A stretch of 64,000 bases of DNA from Phycisphaeraceae bacterium (GTDB lineage Bacteria; Planctomycetota; Phycisphaerae; Phycisphaerales; Phycisphaeraceae), in assembly GCA_963674705.1 (NCBI GenBank), contig OY771506.1, positions 640,001 through 704,000 on the forward strand, given 5' to 3'. Of the stretch, positions 1 to 10,562 are shown in pieces. The notes under the pieces are model-generated. The model was not told where the DNA came from, ran no database searches, and saw nothing but the letters and a program-made list of their open reading frames with translations. Both the position numbers and the translations under genes were made by a program. The first letter of the stretch is position 1; each line of letters begins with the position of its first letter.

Positions 1-1544
1 TTTTTGACGATGACGGTGGCGCTCCGGCCGCTCTTGTAGCGGAGGATCTCGGACTGTCGGATGCCGGCGGCGGTATCCCACGTTGGGCCAAACGGGTGAT
101 AGGTGAGTTGACCTTTGATGCGCTCAAGTTTCCCATCACGCACGAACGGCAGCATCTGCGAGCCGTAGGTCAGAATCGTGCCGACGTAGATGACGATCAA
201 GGCGTAGGGCATCATGCGTTTAGGCCTATCAGGCGAAAGCCCCAGCGTGATAAGCCCAACCGCGATCCCGATCACGCAAAGAAACAGCAACGAACCGATC
301 AGGCCCATAGCGGGGATGAGCAGTAGCGCTGTGACGCCGACACCGATCGCGGAACCGAGGTTGCCAGCGAAGTAATAGAACCCGCTCTTTCTGCCTAGCT
401 CTTTGCCGGTCGATATCAACGCCTGACAGACTGCGGGGAAAGCGAGGCCAAGGAAAATCGTCGGCAAGAACATCATGATCGTTGCCATGAGCCCTTCAAC
501 AAGTACCGCGCGAAACAGTGTGACCGGGACCATTTCTCCATCGGGGAACGCGATCTTGAACCGCATGAATGGAAATTGATAGAACGTCGGCAAGAGCAGC
601 GAAGTGCTGATCCCCGCCATGAGGTTCGAGATAACAAACACGCGCACACCGGACATGCGTTTTGAAAGGATCGGGTAAAGCAGCAAACTGCCGAGGCTGA
701 AGCCTGTCAGGTAGACGGCGAGCACGATCGCGAAGGTGGTCGTGCTGGTAGAGGTGAACAGCGAAAGCATGCGCAGCCAGATTATTTCGTAGCCGAGCGC
801 GAGGAAGCCGGAGACGATGTAGAAAGGCAGAAGCAGGTGGATGATTTTGCTGTCTGCCAGCGACTGTGGCGTTGGTTGATCCTGTATTGATTCAGGTACA
901 TCTGCTTGTCCGCTGCTTCGTTTGGGTGAGAAGCGGATCAGCGCGGTGCTGGTGACAACGACGAACAGGTTCAAGGCTGACGCGACGTAGAGCGAGTTCT
1001 GCACGCCGAGCGAGCGGATCAGGAAGATGCCGGTCAGCAAGCAGCCCGCGACGGCCCCGAGCGTGTTGATGCCGTAGGCGAGCGCGGTGCTGTAGCCGAT
1101 GCCTCGGCCGTGCTCGTGGATCAGGCGGTTCATCACGGGGATGGTCGCGCCCATGCCGAGCGTCGCGGGCAGGACCATCGCGATCGCCAACAGCAGGCGC
1201 ACGAGGTAAGGCAGCGCGGTGATCTGGTTGGAATCGCCGAACTCAATCAGCAGCAACCCCATCGCGCCGAGCAGCGCCGGCACAGCCAGGCTCCACAGGC
1301 CGATCCAGAACTCGACGCAGGCGTAGAAAAGCAATGCTCGATCGAAGCGTTCGAGGATGCGTCCGCCGATGAAGCTGCCGAGGCCGAGCCCGAGGAAAAA
1401 CGCGATAAGGATCGCGGCCGTAGCCGGGGCGCTTGCGCCGAACACAAGGACCATGAGCCGTTGCCAGAGTGTCTCGAACATCAGCGAGCTTGAGCCGGAC
1501 ACAAAGAACAACAGCAATAGCGGGAAGTAGACCCGCGATGTCAT
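1..1544 (-). CDS. Fused MFS/spermidine-synthase-like membrane protein (N-terminal part; runs off window start)
   Basis: Absent from the ORF track. Manual translation from ATG at 1544 gives MTSRVYFPLLLLFFVSGSSSLMFETLWQRLMVLVFGAS..., many TM segments, a second repeat (FYIVSGFLALGYEIIWLRML) and ILRYKSGRSATVIVK at the window edge. Confidence 0.85.
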   Translation of the reverse strand, partial: MTSRVYFPLLLLFFVSGSSSLMFETLWQRLMVLVFGASAPATAAILIAFFLGLGLGSFIGGRILERFDRALLFYACVEFWIGLWSLAVPALLGAMGLLLIEFGDSNQITALPYLVRLLLAIAMVLPATLGMGATIPVMNRLIHEHGRGIGYSTALAYGINTLGAVAGCLLTGIFLIRSLGVQNSLYVASALNLFVVVTSTALIRFSPKRSSGQADVPESIQDQPTPQSLADSKIIHLLLPFYIVSGFLALGYEIIWLRMLSLFTSTSTTTFAIVLAVYLTGFSLGSLLLYPILSKRMSGVRVFVISNLMAGISTSLLLPTFYQFPFMRFKIAFPDGEMVPVTLFRAVLVEGLMATIMMFLPTIFLGLAFPAVCQALISTGKELGRKSGFYYFAGNLGSAIGVGVTALLLIPAMGLIGSLLFLCVIGIAVGLITLGLSPDRPKRMMPYALIVIYVGTILTYGSQMLPFVRDGKLERIKGQLTYHPFGPTWDTAAGIRQSEILRYKSGRSATVIVK

Positions 1545-1710
1545 TGGTTGCGGCTTGAATGTTTGTGTATCAGTCACCGGCAAGATTCATCCGCCTTGGA
1601 TTCATGATTGATCGATCACGCCCGTTTCAATCCCACAGTTTAACCAGACAAAACGACCGCACCAATCCGGTACTGTCGGCTGATATGCAATGTCATGTTG
1701 CAGCAAAGCG

Positions 1711-3381
1711 TCAGCTTCGCCAGATGATGCGCATGCGTGTAAAGATCACGACAACGATCCCGAGCAGGAGCGTCTGAGCGACCGCCCAGATGAACAGCAT
1801 CCAGGGGTTCGGCCCAAGCAGGCTGTACATCCAGCCGTTGATGGTCGGGTCGTTAATCGTCGCGACTTTGCCGACCAGCGGCGCAAGCAGCGGCAACATG
1901 ATGAATGGGCCAAGCAGGCCACGGATGCCTGCGTAGGCGAGCATCGGGTTCTGCCCGTTGATAACGAACAGGGAAGCCGTCCGCCTGAAACCAAGCACAT
2001 CGATCCAGATAAAGAGCGTACCAAGAAACAGGATCGCCAGCCCGGCGGTGACCCAATAAAAACTCAAGGTCGAAGGTTCACCCTTGGTGATACCACGTTC
2101 CAATGGTTCAACGAGCAGCCCGAGGACCAGCCAAGCTGAACCCCACCAGAAAAGAGAACACGTAAACATCGCTTTCGGATCGCCCGGCTCATTAACGAGC
2201 AGCAGACCGATCGCCATCAACGGCAACACGCCCAACCACGTCGCCCAAGGCGTGATGACCTTGAAGCCCGCGATGTCAAACAACACACGATCGTGACATT
2301 GCAGCCCGATCAGACTCACCACCAACAATCCGGCAAAAACCAGACCCATTGCAAAGTAACGCGCTACGCCCCATCCTCGCCGCTTCGCTGGTGAATCCGT
2401 CGGCTTGGATTGCATGTAAGTACGCAACAGGTCCCCAACAATCGTGCCGGGGATTACGACGAAGAGGAACTTGTACCACGTGAAGTCATACAACACGGAA
2501 ATATCCAACAGGCCCGGCAGGATATTGCGAGACAGATGATCGTTGATCCATGTCAGGTTCAGCCAGCCTTCGGGCGCAAAGACGATCCAGTCGATCCAGG
2601 GCGAACCGTTGAGATAGGATTTACCACCCATGTAAAGCATGGCTTTGTCATGTGCGATAAAGACAAGGATCAACGTGCCCAGACGCAACAATATGTGTTG
2701 CCGGGTGATAAGCCAGATGAGCGAGCCCGCGATCGCCATGTGCGCCAAGAGCAGGATGATGATGTCATTCTGTGCATAGGTAAACGCTTCGCCGTCACCG
2801 ATGTTGAGGTACGTCACAAAACCGATGCACGCGGCGACGCCGAATGTTCGGATCGCAAAAACAGTTCCCCGATTCAAGGTGCCGGGCAAGCGGGTAAGCA
2901 CCGGGAACAATAGCATGAACCCGAGGATGCCCAAGCACCAGGTGCTGGTTAATGGCGGGTTTTGGATCACCCGCGGGATCACCTGGAAGATATAGATCGC
3001 AAAACCGATCAGCGTGATCCCTCGGCCAAGTACCCCCAGCGCAACACGCCAAGGCGAAACGCCTTTGTCGAGTTTACGCCCCAGCGCAAGCGGGATCGCC
3101 GCGCCCATCGCGAACAGGAAGAACGGGAACACGCAATCGACCCATGTGAGCGCCGCCCACCAGGCGCGGCTCGTGTATGGGTCAGCCAACTGTTGCCAGA
3201 CGCCCTGTGCATCCGGCAGGAAACGTGGGTGATAGCCGTGATACATCGCGTTGGGCAATCCCTCGGGCACCATGCCGGACAGACACATCGCAAGGATCGC
3301 CAGGCCACGCAGCGCATCAAGCGACAGCGCGCGTGGTGCATTGGGTAACGGCTCGGTTTGGCTTTTACTTGAATCGGCCAT
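1711..3381 (-). CDS. DUF5009 / HGSNAT-like membrane acyltransferase family protein
   Basis: RALSLDALRG...TWVDCVFPFFLFAMG motif, multiple TM helices, GQNPMLAY near the C-terminus. Confidence 0.8.
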   Translation of the reverse strand: MADSSKSQTEPLPNAPRALSLDALRGLAILAMCLSGMVPEGLPNAMYHGYHPRFLPDAQGVWQQLADPYTSRAWWAALTWVDCVFPFFLFAMGAAIPLALGRKLDKGVSPWRVALGVLGRGITLIGFAIYIFQVIPRVIQNPPLTSTWCLGILGFMLLFPVLTRLPGTLNRGTVFAIRTFGVAACIGFVTYLNIGDGEAFTYAQNDIIILLLAHMAIAGSLIWLITRQHILLRLGTLILVFIAHDKAMLYMGGKSYLNGSPWIDWIVFAPEGWLNLTWINDHLSRNILPGLLDISVLYDFTWYKFLFVVIPGTIVGDLLRTYMQSKPTDSPAKRRGWGVARYFAMGLVFAGLLVVSLIGLQCHDRVLFDIAGFKVITPWATWLGVLPLMAIGLLLVNEPGDPKAMFTCSLFWWGSAWLVLGLLVEPLERGITKGEPSTLSFYWVTAGLAILFLGTLFIWIDVLGFRRTASLFVINGQNPMLAYAGIRGLLGPFIMLPLLAPLVGKVATINDPTINGWMYSLLGPNPWMLFIWAVAQTLLLGIVVVIFTRMRIIWRS

Positions 3382-3393
3382 GAATATCCCCGG

Positions 3394-6300
3394 CTAGTGT
3401 CGTGTGATACCAACGCTGACGATCTGGTAGGGCTTGACGGTTAATCCTCTAGAAGTAACCCGTGTCTGCTGCTTATCGTTTAGATCGAGCCGAGTGAGAG
3501 CGGCCGCCTCGTGCGTTTGTACTTTGCACCGTTCGGCTCTTCCGAGTATTTCGTGCAGACGAAGTGACCACAAGCCGGGCTTGATCGGCTTAGCCCATGC
3601 GGGCACAACACCGGGACCTGTCACGATTGTGCGCAGACCCGCACTGATGGGTTTACCCGTGTAAGTAAACGGCTGATTGAATAGTGTTTCAGCAAGCGCG
3701 GCGGGTTGCTGCTCAACAGGACGATTGCAGTCGTACCGCCCCACCGCCAGATGGATCGTGTGTTTACCGAGGTCGGAGTAGATGGGGACGTCGCCGCGTT
3801 GGCCTTTAGCGCGTCGGCGTGGCGGGCCGGTGACGGGTTGCGTGATCTTGGCACTGCGCAGCAGGCTCAGGTGCAGCAGGCCGTTCATGCAGCCGAAGCC
3901 GTATTTGGATTCGCTGATCAAAGACAGGCCGTCGGTTTCGGTATCGTTGGTGACTGCGGCCCATCGGCTGGCGGGGGCTTCGTACATCGCATCGGTTTCG
4001 ATCGTGCCTGAGAGTTGGGAACGCAACGTGCTGCCGAACGGCGAGCCGTAACGCGCCATCTTCCCGCGGTAGCTTGTCGGGAACGCGATCTTTAAAAGCG
4101 TCTGCGGTTCCTGCCAGTCGATGTCGAAGTCGATAAGCAGGACCGGTCGGGCCGGGTCGATGCGGTAACGGATGGTTGCCTGGCTTTGTTTGCCGATGTT
4201 GCGCGAAAAACAGACCGCGGCGTTGAGCGTATTGCGTTTTTCGATCGTGACTTTGGCGGGGGTGGTAACACGCTCGCCGTTACTTAATGTCGGGCGGTCG
4301 ATGTCCCATGCGTCGTACTGCACGGGCTTGTCGGCAAAGGACCAGAGCTGCGCGCCGGGGGCGTCCAGTTGGATGGGTTTATCATCAATCTTCAGCGACG
4401 TGATCTGTCCGGCAAGGTCGAATTGCACTGAAACATGCTCGTTTTCCAGCGTATGTTTGGTGGCTTTGGGGGGGGAAGCGGCGAGCGACTTAAGCTCAGA
4501 TTCAAGCACGCCGGCCAGCGGTGGCGCGGCTAACACCTTTTCATCCGTCACGTGATAATTGGGCAACGCGAGCGGGTTGAAGATGCAAGGCTTACCGTTT
4601 CTTGAATTCAATTCCTCTTGCGCTTGATTGATAGCACAATCGGTGACGGCCTGTAATTCCTCCACCGCTTCGGCGCAGACTTCATGGATCGAGCTGCCGG
4701 GCAGGCAGTCGTGGAACTGACAGAAGACGACGGTCTTCCACGCGCGTTCGTCGACGGGTCCTTTGCCGGTAGCACAGCGCACCGCTTCCCAGACCTGTAA
4801 GGCTCGCTCGGCGGAACGGTACGCGGCCTTGAGATCGCCGTGCGTTGTTTGAACGCCGCGGTGGTATTGCAGGAACATTTCGCCGTGCCACGTGGGCAAT
4901 TTGCTGCGTTGTTTGTTTAAGCGATCGAAGAACTGATCGATACGTCCCCACTTCGCATCAGGCACGCTGGCTGCTTCACCGAGTAGACCGAGTTTACTCA
5001 GGCGTTCGACGCGTTCAGCCATTTCATCGTTAGGCCCTCCCCCACCGTCGCCGTAACCGGTCGGGATGAGTACTTCGGGATGGATATCCGCCTGCTGATG
5101 TTTGAGCGTGATGTCACGGTATTGCGCGGGCTTGGCTTCCTGGTTGTAGTGGCTCTGGATGATATGGGTGAGGACTTCGGAGCCGTCGTTGCCGCGCCAG
5201 CGGAAGCTGGTGTAAGGCAGTTGCGTGGCGCTGCCCCAGTGGATTTTGGTGGTGTAGAAGTACGGGATGCCGAAGCCGGCCATGATCTGCGGGATGCTGG
5301 CGGAGTAGCCGAAGGTATCGGGCAGCCAGACGACCGGGTCCTGGCGGCGGCGCTTGCCGTTCAGTTCTAAAAAGCCTTTTCGACCAAGCTCAAACGAACG
5401 CACGAGCGCTTCGCCGCAGGGCAATTGCGTATCGGATTCGACATACATCGTACCGGTCGCTTCCCAGTTGCCCTTGCGGATTTTTTCGCGGACGCGCTGC
5501 ATCAATCCCGGCGCGAGGCGCTGCGTGTCCTGGTAGCTGGCGGGCTGGGAGTAGCCGAAGTGACACTTCGGGTAGCGCTGCATCACGGACAATACATTGG
5601 CGAAGGAGTGTACGGCCTTGAAGCGTGCGACGTGTTTGGGCCAGAGCCAGACGAGGTCGATATGGGCGTGGCCGGTAAGGATCGCGGTGTGCGAGCGATT
5701 GGGGATGTCCAGATCACGATAGATCTTGCGAAGCGCCTGTCGCAGCGCGGCCGGTCCCTGGTTTTCATAAATATCGATCGCGTCGTTGAGCTGCCGAAGC
5801 ACGGTGCGGTAAACGGGCGGCGCCTGATGGATCGGCGGACGGTAACCGAACGGCGCGGTTGGCTGATTGCTTGCGGGATAGTCCGGCAGATGGATCAGCG
5901 ACAGCGTTTCGGTCAAAACCTTCAAGTCGATCATCGCGTGCCAGGCATCGTCATCACGACTAGCAAGAAACGCGCCGTTGAACTCACTGCCATGCTTTGA
6001 CATCGGCGCCATGTTGCTGGGCACCCAGACACCGGTCCGGCAACAGGTGGATTCGATCAACAGTTCGTGTGCATCATCAGGGATCGGGCAATACATATGG
6101 CCCGGATCGATGCCGAAGATCGGTTCGCCCTCGTGATAGACAGTAGCCTCGGCCTGATCGGTCCAGTAGAGGTAACGCGTGGCACTGCCGGTTTTCTTTT
6201 TAGGCAGCTTCAGTTTCCACCAGCGCTGGTCGAACATCCTGCCCCAGAACTGCGGCAGGCGCGTCACGGGTTTATACGTCAGGCGTTTGGCGGCCGGGGC

Positions 6301-6441
6301 GTCGACGATGTCAGGACTTGAAACGGTTGCGCTGACTTGGATCTGCGTCTTCTGGACGGACCAGACAGACGCTTCGAGTCTTTGAATCGTCGCCTGCAGG
6401 CGCGGGGCCATGAACTGCGGGAAGTGGACGGGTTCTAGCAT
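3394..6441 (-). CDS. Alpha-mannosidase, GH38
   Basis: GHAHIDLVWLW Zn ligands, WLPDTFG nucleophile, GYGDGGGGP, QFHDCLPGSSI. Confidence 0.93.
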   Translation of the reverse strand: MLEPVHFPQFMAPRLQATIQRLEASVWSVQKTQIQVSATVSSPDIVDAPAAKRLTYKPVTRLPQFWGRMFDQRWWKLKLPKKKTGSATRYLYWTDQAEATVYHEGEPIFGIDPGHMYCPIPDDAHELLIESTCCRTGVWVPSNMAPMSKHGSEFNGAFLASRDDDAWHAMIDLKVLTETLSLIHLPDYPASNQPTAPFGYRPPIHQAPPVYRTVLRQLNDAIDIYENQGPAALRQALRKIYRDLDIPNRSHTAILTGHAHIDLVWLWPKHVARFKAVHSFANVLSVMQRYPKCHFGYSQPASYQDTQRLAPGLMQRVREKIRKGNWEATGTMYVESDTQLPCGEALVRSFELGRKGFLELNGKRRRQDPVVWLPDTFGYSASIPQIMAGFGIPYFYTTKIHWGSATQLPYTSFRWRGNDGSEVLTHIIQSHYNQEAKPAQYRDITLKHQQADIHPEVLIPTGYGDGGGGPNDEMAERVERLSKLGLLGEAASVPDAKWGRIDQFFDRLNKQRSKLPTWHGEMFLQYHRGVQTTHGDLKAAYRSAERALQVWEAVRCATGKGPVDERAWKTVVFCQFHDCLPGSSIHEVCAEAVEELQAVTDCAINQAQEELNSRNGKPCIFNPLALPNYHVTDEKVLAAPPLAGVLESELKSLAASPPKATKHTLENEHVSVQFDLAGQITSLKIDDKPIQLDAPGAQLWSFADKPVQYDAWDIDRPTLSNGERVTTPAKVTIEKRNTLNAAVCFSRNIGKQSQATIRYRIDPARPVLLIDFDIDWQEPQTLLKIAFPTSYRGKMARYGSPFGSTLRSQLSGTIETDAMYEAPASRWAAVTNDTETDGLSLISESKYGFGCMNGLLHLSLLRSAKITQPVTGPPRRRAKGQRGDVPIYSDLGKHTIHLAVGRYDCNRPVEQQPAALAETLFNQPFTYTGKPISAGLRTIVTGPGVVPAWAKPIKPGLWSLRLHEILGRAERCKVQTHEAAALTRLDLNDKQQTRVTSRGLTVKPYQIVSVGITRH

Positions 6442-6502
6442 AACTATCCAAACTCACTGGATGGATGAGGGTGGGAAGCCAAAATAATGTTGGGTAATGT
6501 TA

Positions 6503-7525
6503 TCAGGAGATCAACCGTACGGCTTCGGGCCGACCCGAGGCGACGCTGGCGACTTCCGCTTCGATGATACAGAGCGTCTGCATGGCGGTGCGTAAGGATG
6601 ATCGGGCGGGTTTTTCGCCGGTCTTGATGCAATCGATGAAGTAGGCAAGTTCGTGCTCGTAACCCTGGCCGGTTGGTACTTCCACAGGGACCGGCTCCTT
6701 GTCCTGCTCGAAAAGCAACAGGGGTTGATCGCGTGTGAAGTCGAAGGTCGCCATCGCCTTTTCGAAGACGGCTTCGTAGCGCATCTGGAACGGGTACTTT
6801 CTGAACGCGACCCATGCGCCTTCCGCCACGACCTGCGGTACGTGATCGTATTGATAGAACGTGGTGAGGTGATCCACCGCACCGCTTGGGCCGGCGTAGC
6901 CGACGCTTTTAACTTCGCGCGGCGGGCCGAAGAGGTACTGGACGAAGTCGGTGTCGTGGATATGCAGGTCGAGCACGGCCCCGCCGGAGACTTTGCCGTT
7001 GTGGTAGAACGGGTTGCCGGGGATAGCGCCCTTGCGTTCAAGCCGAAGCGAGAGCAGCTTGCCGAAGCGTTGACCGTCGATAGCCTGTTTAAGCCAATCC
7101 CATTCGGGCCAGAAGCGCATGCAGTGGGCGCACATCGCGAGGCCGGGCGCTTTGGCTTCCGCATCAAGCAGTTGTTGCGCTTCATCGCTGGTGCGTGCAA
7201 GCGGCTTCTCAACCAATACGTGCTTGCCGGCTTTAAGCGCGGCGAGTGTGAAGGGGATATGCAGCGGTGTCACGACGCAAAGGTCGACCATCTCGACATC
7301 GGGGTCGTTGATCAGGTCCATGCCGTCGGTGTAGCGTTTGGCATCGGAAAGGTCGTAGCCGTCTTGCGCCTGATTCTCTACATTGCTGTCCACCTTGCGA
7401 CCGGCCAGGCGTGATTCATCCTTGTCCGCTACAGCCACCACACAAGCGTCCGGCACATGGTTGTAGGCCTCCAGATGCCTCTGGCCCATCATGCCCAATC
7501 CAACCACCCCTACCTTCACCATCAC
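6503..7525 (-). CDS. Gfo/Idh/MocA family oxidoreductase
   Basis: GVVGLGMMG Rossmann motif, GKHVLVEKPLA, DLHIHD. Confidence 0.92.
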   Translation of the reverse strand: MMVKVGVVGLGMMGQRHLEAYNHVPDACVVAVADKDESRLAGRKVDSNVENQAQDGYDLSDAKRYTDGMDLINDPDVEMVDLCVVTPLHIPFTLAALKAGKHVLVEKPLARTSDEAQQLLDAEAKAPGLAMCAHCMRFWPEWDWLKQAIDGQRFGKLLSLRLERKGAIPGNPFYHNGKVSGGAVLDLHIHDTDFVQYLFGPPREVKSVGYAGPSGAVDHLTTFYQYDHVPQVVAEGAWVAFRKYPFQMRYEAVFEKAMATFDFTRDQPLLLFEQDKEPVPVEVPTGQGYEHELAYFIDCIKTGEKPARSSLRTAMQTLCIIEAEVASVASGRPEAVRLIS

Positions 7526-7710
7526 AAGCTCCTTTTACTACAGTAGCCAAACTCACCGATACCGATGGACCGGGCAACGTTTAAACCCGTCGCAGTGAAC
7601 CATCTATCCGACAAAGAGCTGCCGCATCGGTATCAGGACGCCCAATGTACACGCTGGCGAGGGGCGGGGTGAGATGATCCGCTACGTGGGGTAAACATGT
7701 GAAAAAATGA

Positions 7711-7742
7711 TTGACAGGCCAACCTATAGCATGTATGCTATG
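7711..7742 (+). promoter_or_regulatory. Sigma70-like promoter overlapped by palindromic operator, copy 1
   Basis: TTGACA(7711)-17 nt-TATGCT(7734); operator TATAGCA-TGTA-TGCTATG at 7725-7742. Confidence 0.75.
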
Positions 7743-7872
7743 GGGTATAGTTGAAAGCGGCGTCTGGCTACCCCTACGCCGACTTACGGTAGGCACAACA
7801 AGGCTTGCATTACCCTTACTCGTTGATGCGTTAGCCTAAGCCATATCAATCCATTTGGAGGAGAATTGCGTT

Positions 7873-8712
7873 ATGCGAACAGGAACCGCCCGTCATATTG
7901 CTATCGCCACGCTGGCAGGTGGACTGCTGGTCTGCTCGAGCGCGGCTTCGGCCAGCACGCTGCTTGCCGACTTCGACAACCACCCCATCCCGGCTAGTTC
8001 TGACATCTATGGCAGTTGGTCCACCGGCACACTGACCCCCGGCCCCACCAGCTACCGCGTGGAATCCGCGGGAGGTTTCGGCGGCCAATGGAACGGCCTG
8101 GGCGATGGCGTCGACGCCTCGGCTGAAACCGACATCGAACTGATCGTCACCGTCGATGCGGCACACCCAGAGGCCGGTCTCGGCGTCGTCTTCGCGCTCG
8201 TGGACGGCGACGGCACCGAGTGGCAATACGTCATCAATACCACTGAAAACTCATGGTTCGGACTGCTGCCCGGTGCAACCTACACGCTCACCGTGCCCAT
8301 CACCGGCGCGACGGGGCTGATCAATCCCGGCTCAAGCTCGGGACTGGATACTTCAAACATCATCGGATTCCATATTCAGGTTGATAGTGGTGATAACAAC
8401 GTACCCTACGACATCTCATTCGAGAACTTCCGCATGTACGTTCCCGGTGAAGACCTCGAAGGCGATCTGAATGGTGACGGATTCGTCGGCCTGGATGATC
8501 TGGATATCATCCTGAGCGCCTGGAACCAGAGCGTACCGCCTGCGGACGCCGCCGCCGATCCTTCGGGTGACGGGTTTGTCGGCCTGGACGACCTGGACCT
8601 CGTGTTGAATAACTGGAATGCAGGCACGCCTCCAGCCACCGCCGTGGTCCCGGAACCGGCAACACTTGGGTTGATATCCCTGGGTGGACTGGCGCTACTG
8701 CGTCGCAAATAA
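7873..8712 (+). CDS. Secreted PEP-CTERM protein with putative beta-sandwich domain and dockerin-like repeats
   Basis: GGAGGAG RBS, signal peptide, two GDxxGDGFVGLDDLD-type repeats, VPEPA-TM-RRK tail. Confidence 0.85.
   Translation: MRTGTARHIAIATLAGGLLVCSSAASASTLLADFDNHPIPASSDIYGSWSTGTLTPGPTSYRVESAGGFGGQWNGLGDGVDASAETDIELIVTVDAAHPEAGLGVVFALVDGDGTEWQYVINTTENSWFGLLPGATYTLTVPITGATGLINPGSSSGLDTSNIIGFHIQVDSGDNNVPYDISFENFRMYVPGEDLEGDLNGDGFVGLDDLDIILSAWNQSVPPADAAADPSGDGFVGLDDLDLVLNNWNAGTPPATAVVPEPATLGLISLGGLALLRRK
8461..8634 (+). repeat. Dockerin-like/EF-hand tail cassette, one of six near-identical copies
   Basis: GDLxGDGFVGL(D/S)DLDI...WNQ...DPSGDGFVGLDDLDxVLNNWNAG also starts near 10065, 32085 (minus), 47761, 49519 and 51155. 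Confidence 0.85.
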
Positions 8713-8843
8713 GTACAGACATGTATCCTCCGCGGCCGCATGCTTAACGGTGTGCGGCCGTATTCTTAGCAACTGATGTTCGAAAAGCATCCGAGCCCGG
8801 GTGGCGAGGGATGATTGAAAAAGATGTTGACTCCTGAGGCTTC

Positions 8844-10328
8844 GTGATGATCCGACCCCTGCTTGTTGTTGTGATTGGTTTGCTGTGTGTGTCGCCGAGT
8901 TTCGGCGAAGCGGCCGATGTGCAGAAGACGAACTCGCAGAAGCTGTACATGCATTACATGCCGTGGTTCGAAACGCCCTACTCCCTGGGCACGAGCAATT
9001 GGGGCTGGCATTGGACGATGAACACCCAGAACCCCAACAACATCACTTATGATGCAAACTATCCGGATGGTGAGAAGCGGGACATCGCCTCGCACTATTA
9101 CCCGTTGATCGGGCCTTACGATTCGAGCGACCCGGATGTGATCGAGTATCACCTGCTGCTGATGAAGCTGTCAGGCGTGGACGGCGTGCTGATCGACTGG
9201 TACGGCGTGCAAGGCACGAACGGCGACATCACCAGTCTGCTGAACAGTTCCAACGCATTAATTGAGAAGATGGACGACTTCGGGATGGAGTTCGCGGTCG
9301 TCATGGAAGACCGTTTCTCCGCCAACATAAGCCAGGCCGAGGCAAACGTCGCCTACCTGCGTGACAACTACTTCAACAACTCGCAGTACATCCGACTGGG
9401 TTCGGGGGATGATCCGCTGTTGATGTCGTTTGGGCCGATCACGTTCGAGCAGGAATCGCAGTGGACGCAGATCCTGGCGCAGGCTGGGGAAGATGTGAAC
9501 TTCCTGCCGTTGTGGTACGAATCCGGCGATGCGGGCGTGAATGCGGACGGGGAGTATTCCTGGGTCTATCAGGATGGCAACAGTTACAGTTGGCACCTGT
9601 CGAACTTCTACCAGTACCGTGCGCCGAATCTGGACGTTGCTGCGGGCAGCGCATTCCCGGGGTTTGATGACTTCTACGCGGAAGGCGGTGCGGGCGGCGG
9701 TTACTTCAATATCCCGCACGATGACGGGCAGACGCTCGCGACAACACTGAACCTGGCAGGCCAATACGCAAGCGAGGTCGACTTCCTTCAGTTAGTGACG
9801 TGGAACGACTTCGGCGAAGGCACGATCTTCGAACCGACCGTTGAGACCGGCTACGACTACCTGCTCCAACTGCAGGACTACAGCGGCACGCCCTACGGGC
9901 AGGATGAGCTTGAACTGGTTCACGCACTTTACTTGGCACGTAAGGAATACGCCGGCAACACGGAGAAACAGAACTCGCTGGATGAAGTCGCATCCCTGCT
10001 GGCGGCGCTTGATATCGATGGCGCCCAGGCGCTACTGAACATCATCAACGGCCTGGCACTGGAAGGCGACCTGGATGGTGATGGATTCGTCGGGCTCAGC
10101 GACCTGGATATCGTGTTGAACAATTGGAACCAGGTCGTTGTGCCATTCGGCGACACGCGGGCGGACCCATCAGGCGATGGATTTGTCGGGCTCGACGATC
10201 TGGATGTTGTGTTGAACAACTGGAACGCCGGCACGCCCCCCATTGTCGCGGCGCCAGAGCCGGGCTCTGGGCTGGCTTTGCTGCTATTGGGCGTTTCAGG
10301 CCTGTCGGGTCGTTTGCGAACCCGTTAA
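8844..10328 (+). CDS. GH71/GH99-like glycoside hydrolase with dockerin-like repeats and PEP-CTERM
   Basis: YMHYMPWF, ASHYYPLIGPYDSSD, GVDGVLIDWYG, TWNDFGEGT; signal peptide; APEPG tail. Confidence 0.8.
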   Translation: MMIRPLLVVVIGLLCVSPSFGEAADVQKTNSQKLYMHYMPWFETPYSLGTSNWGWHWTMNTQNPNNITYDANYPDGEKRDIASHYYPLIGPYDSSDPDVIEYHLLLMKLSGVDGVLIDWYGVQGTNGDITSLLNSSNALIEKMDDFGMEFAVVMEDRFSANISQAEANVAYLRDNYFNNSQYIRLGSGDDPLLMSFGPITFEQESQWTQILAQAGEDVNFLPLWYESGDAGVNADGEYSWVYQDGNSYSWHLSNFYQYRAPNLDVAAGSAFPGFDDFYAEGGAGGGYFNIPHDDGQTLATTLNLAGQYASEVDFLQLVTWNDFGEGTIFEPTVETGYDYLLQLQDYSGTPYGQDELELVHALYLARKEYAGNTEKQNSLDEVASLLAALDIDGAQALLNIINGLALEGDLDGDGFVGLSDLDIVLNNWNQVVVPFGDTRADPSGDGFVGLDDLDVVLNNWNAGTPPIVAAPEPGSGLALLLLGVSGLSGRLRTR

Positions 10329-10414
10329 ATCCCCCCAATCAACCCACATTTTCCGAGGCCGACCTGTGACCATGCGGTGACAGGCCGAGTTTTTGTGATT
10401 TCAGCTTAAAATGC

Positions 10415-10446
10415 TTGACAGAAGATGCTATAGCATATATGCTATG
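10415..10446 (+). promoter_or_regulatory. Sigma70-like promoter overlapped by palindromic operator, copy 2
   Basis: TTGACA(10415)-17 nt-TATGCT(10438); TATAGCA-TATA-TGCTATG at 10429-10446. Confidence 0.75.
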
Positions 10447-10562
10447 GTCTAGTAAGGGTATTCAGGCTTTCTATCAGCCGTCCCGGATTTGTTTTCAAGG
10501 GGAACATCAAGCGGACTTCCCGCCGCACACTTCACACCACTTTGGAGAGGAGAGAGTTGATC

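Noticed and set aside
96..1493. Short ORFs listed in the first 1.5 kb
   Set aside because: They overlap the real minus-strand membrane-protein gene, which the track missed because it has no stop in the window
1624..1640. GTTTCAATCCCAC resembles the start of a CRISPR repeat
   Set aside because: Single occurrence, no repeat-spacer periodicity, no cas genes
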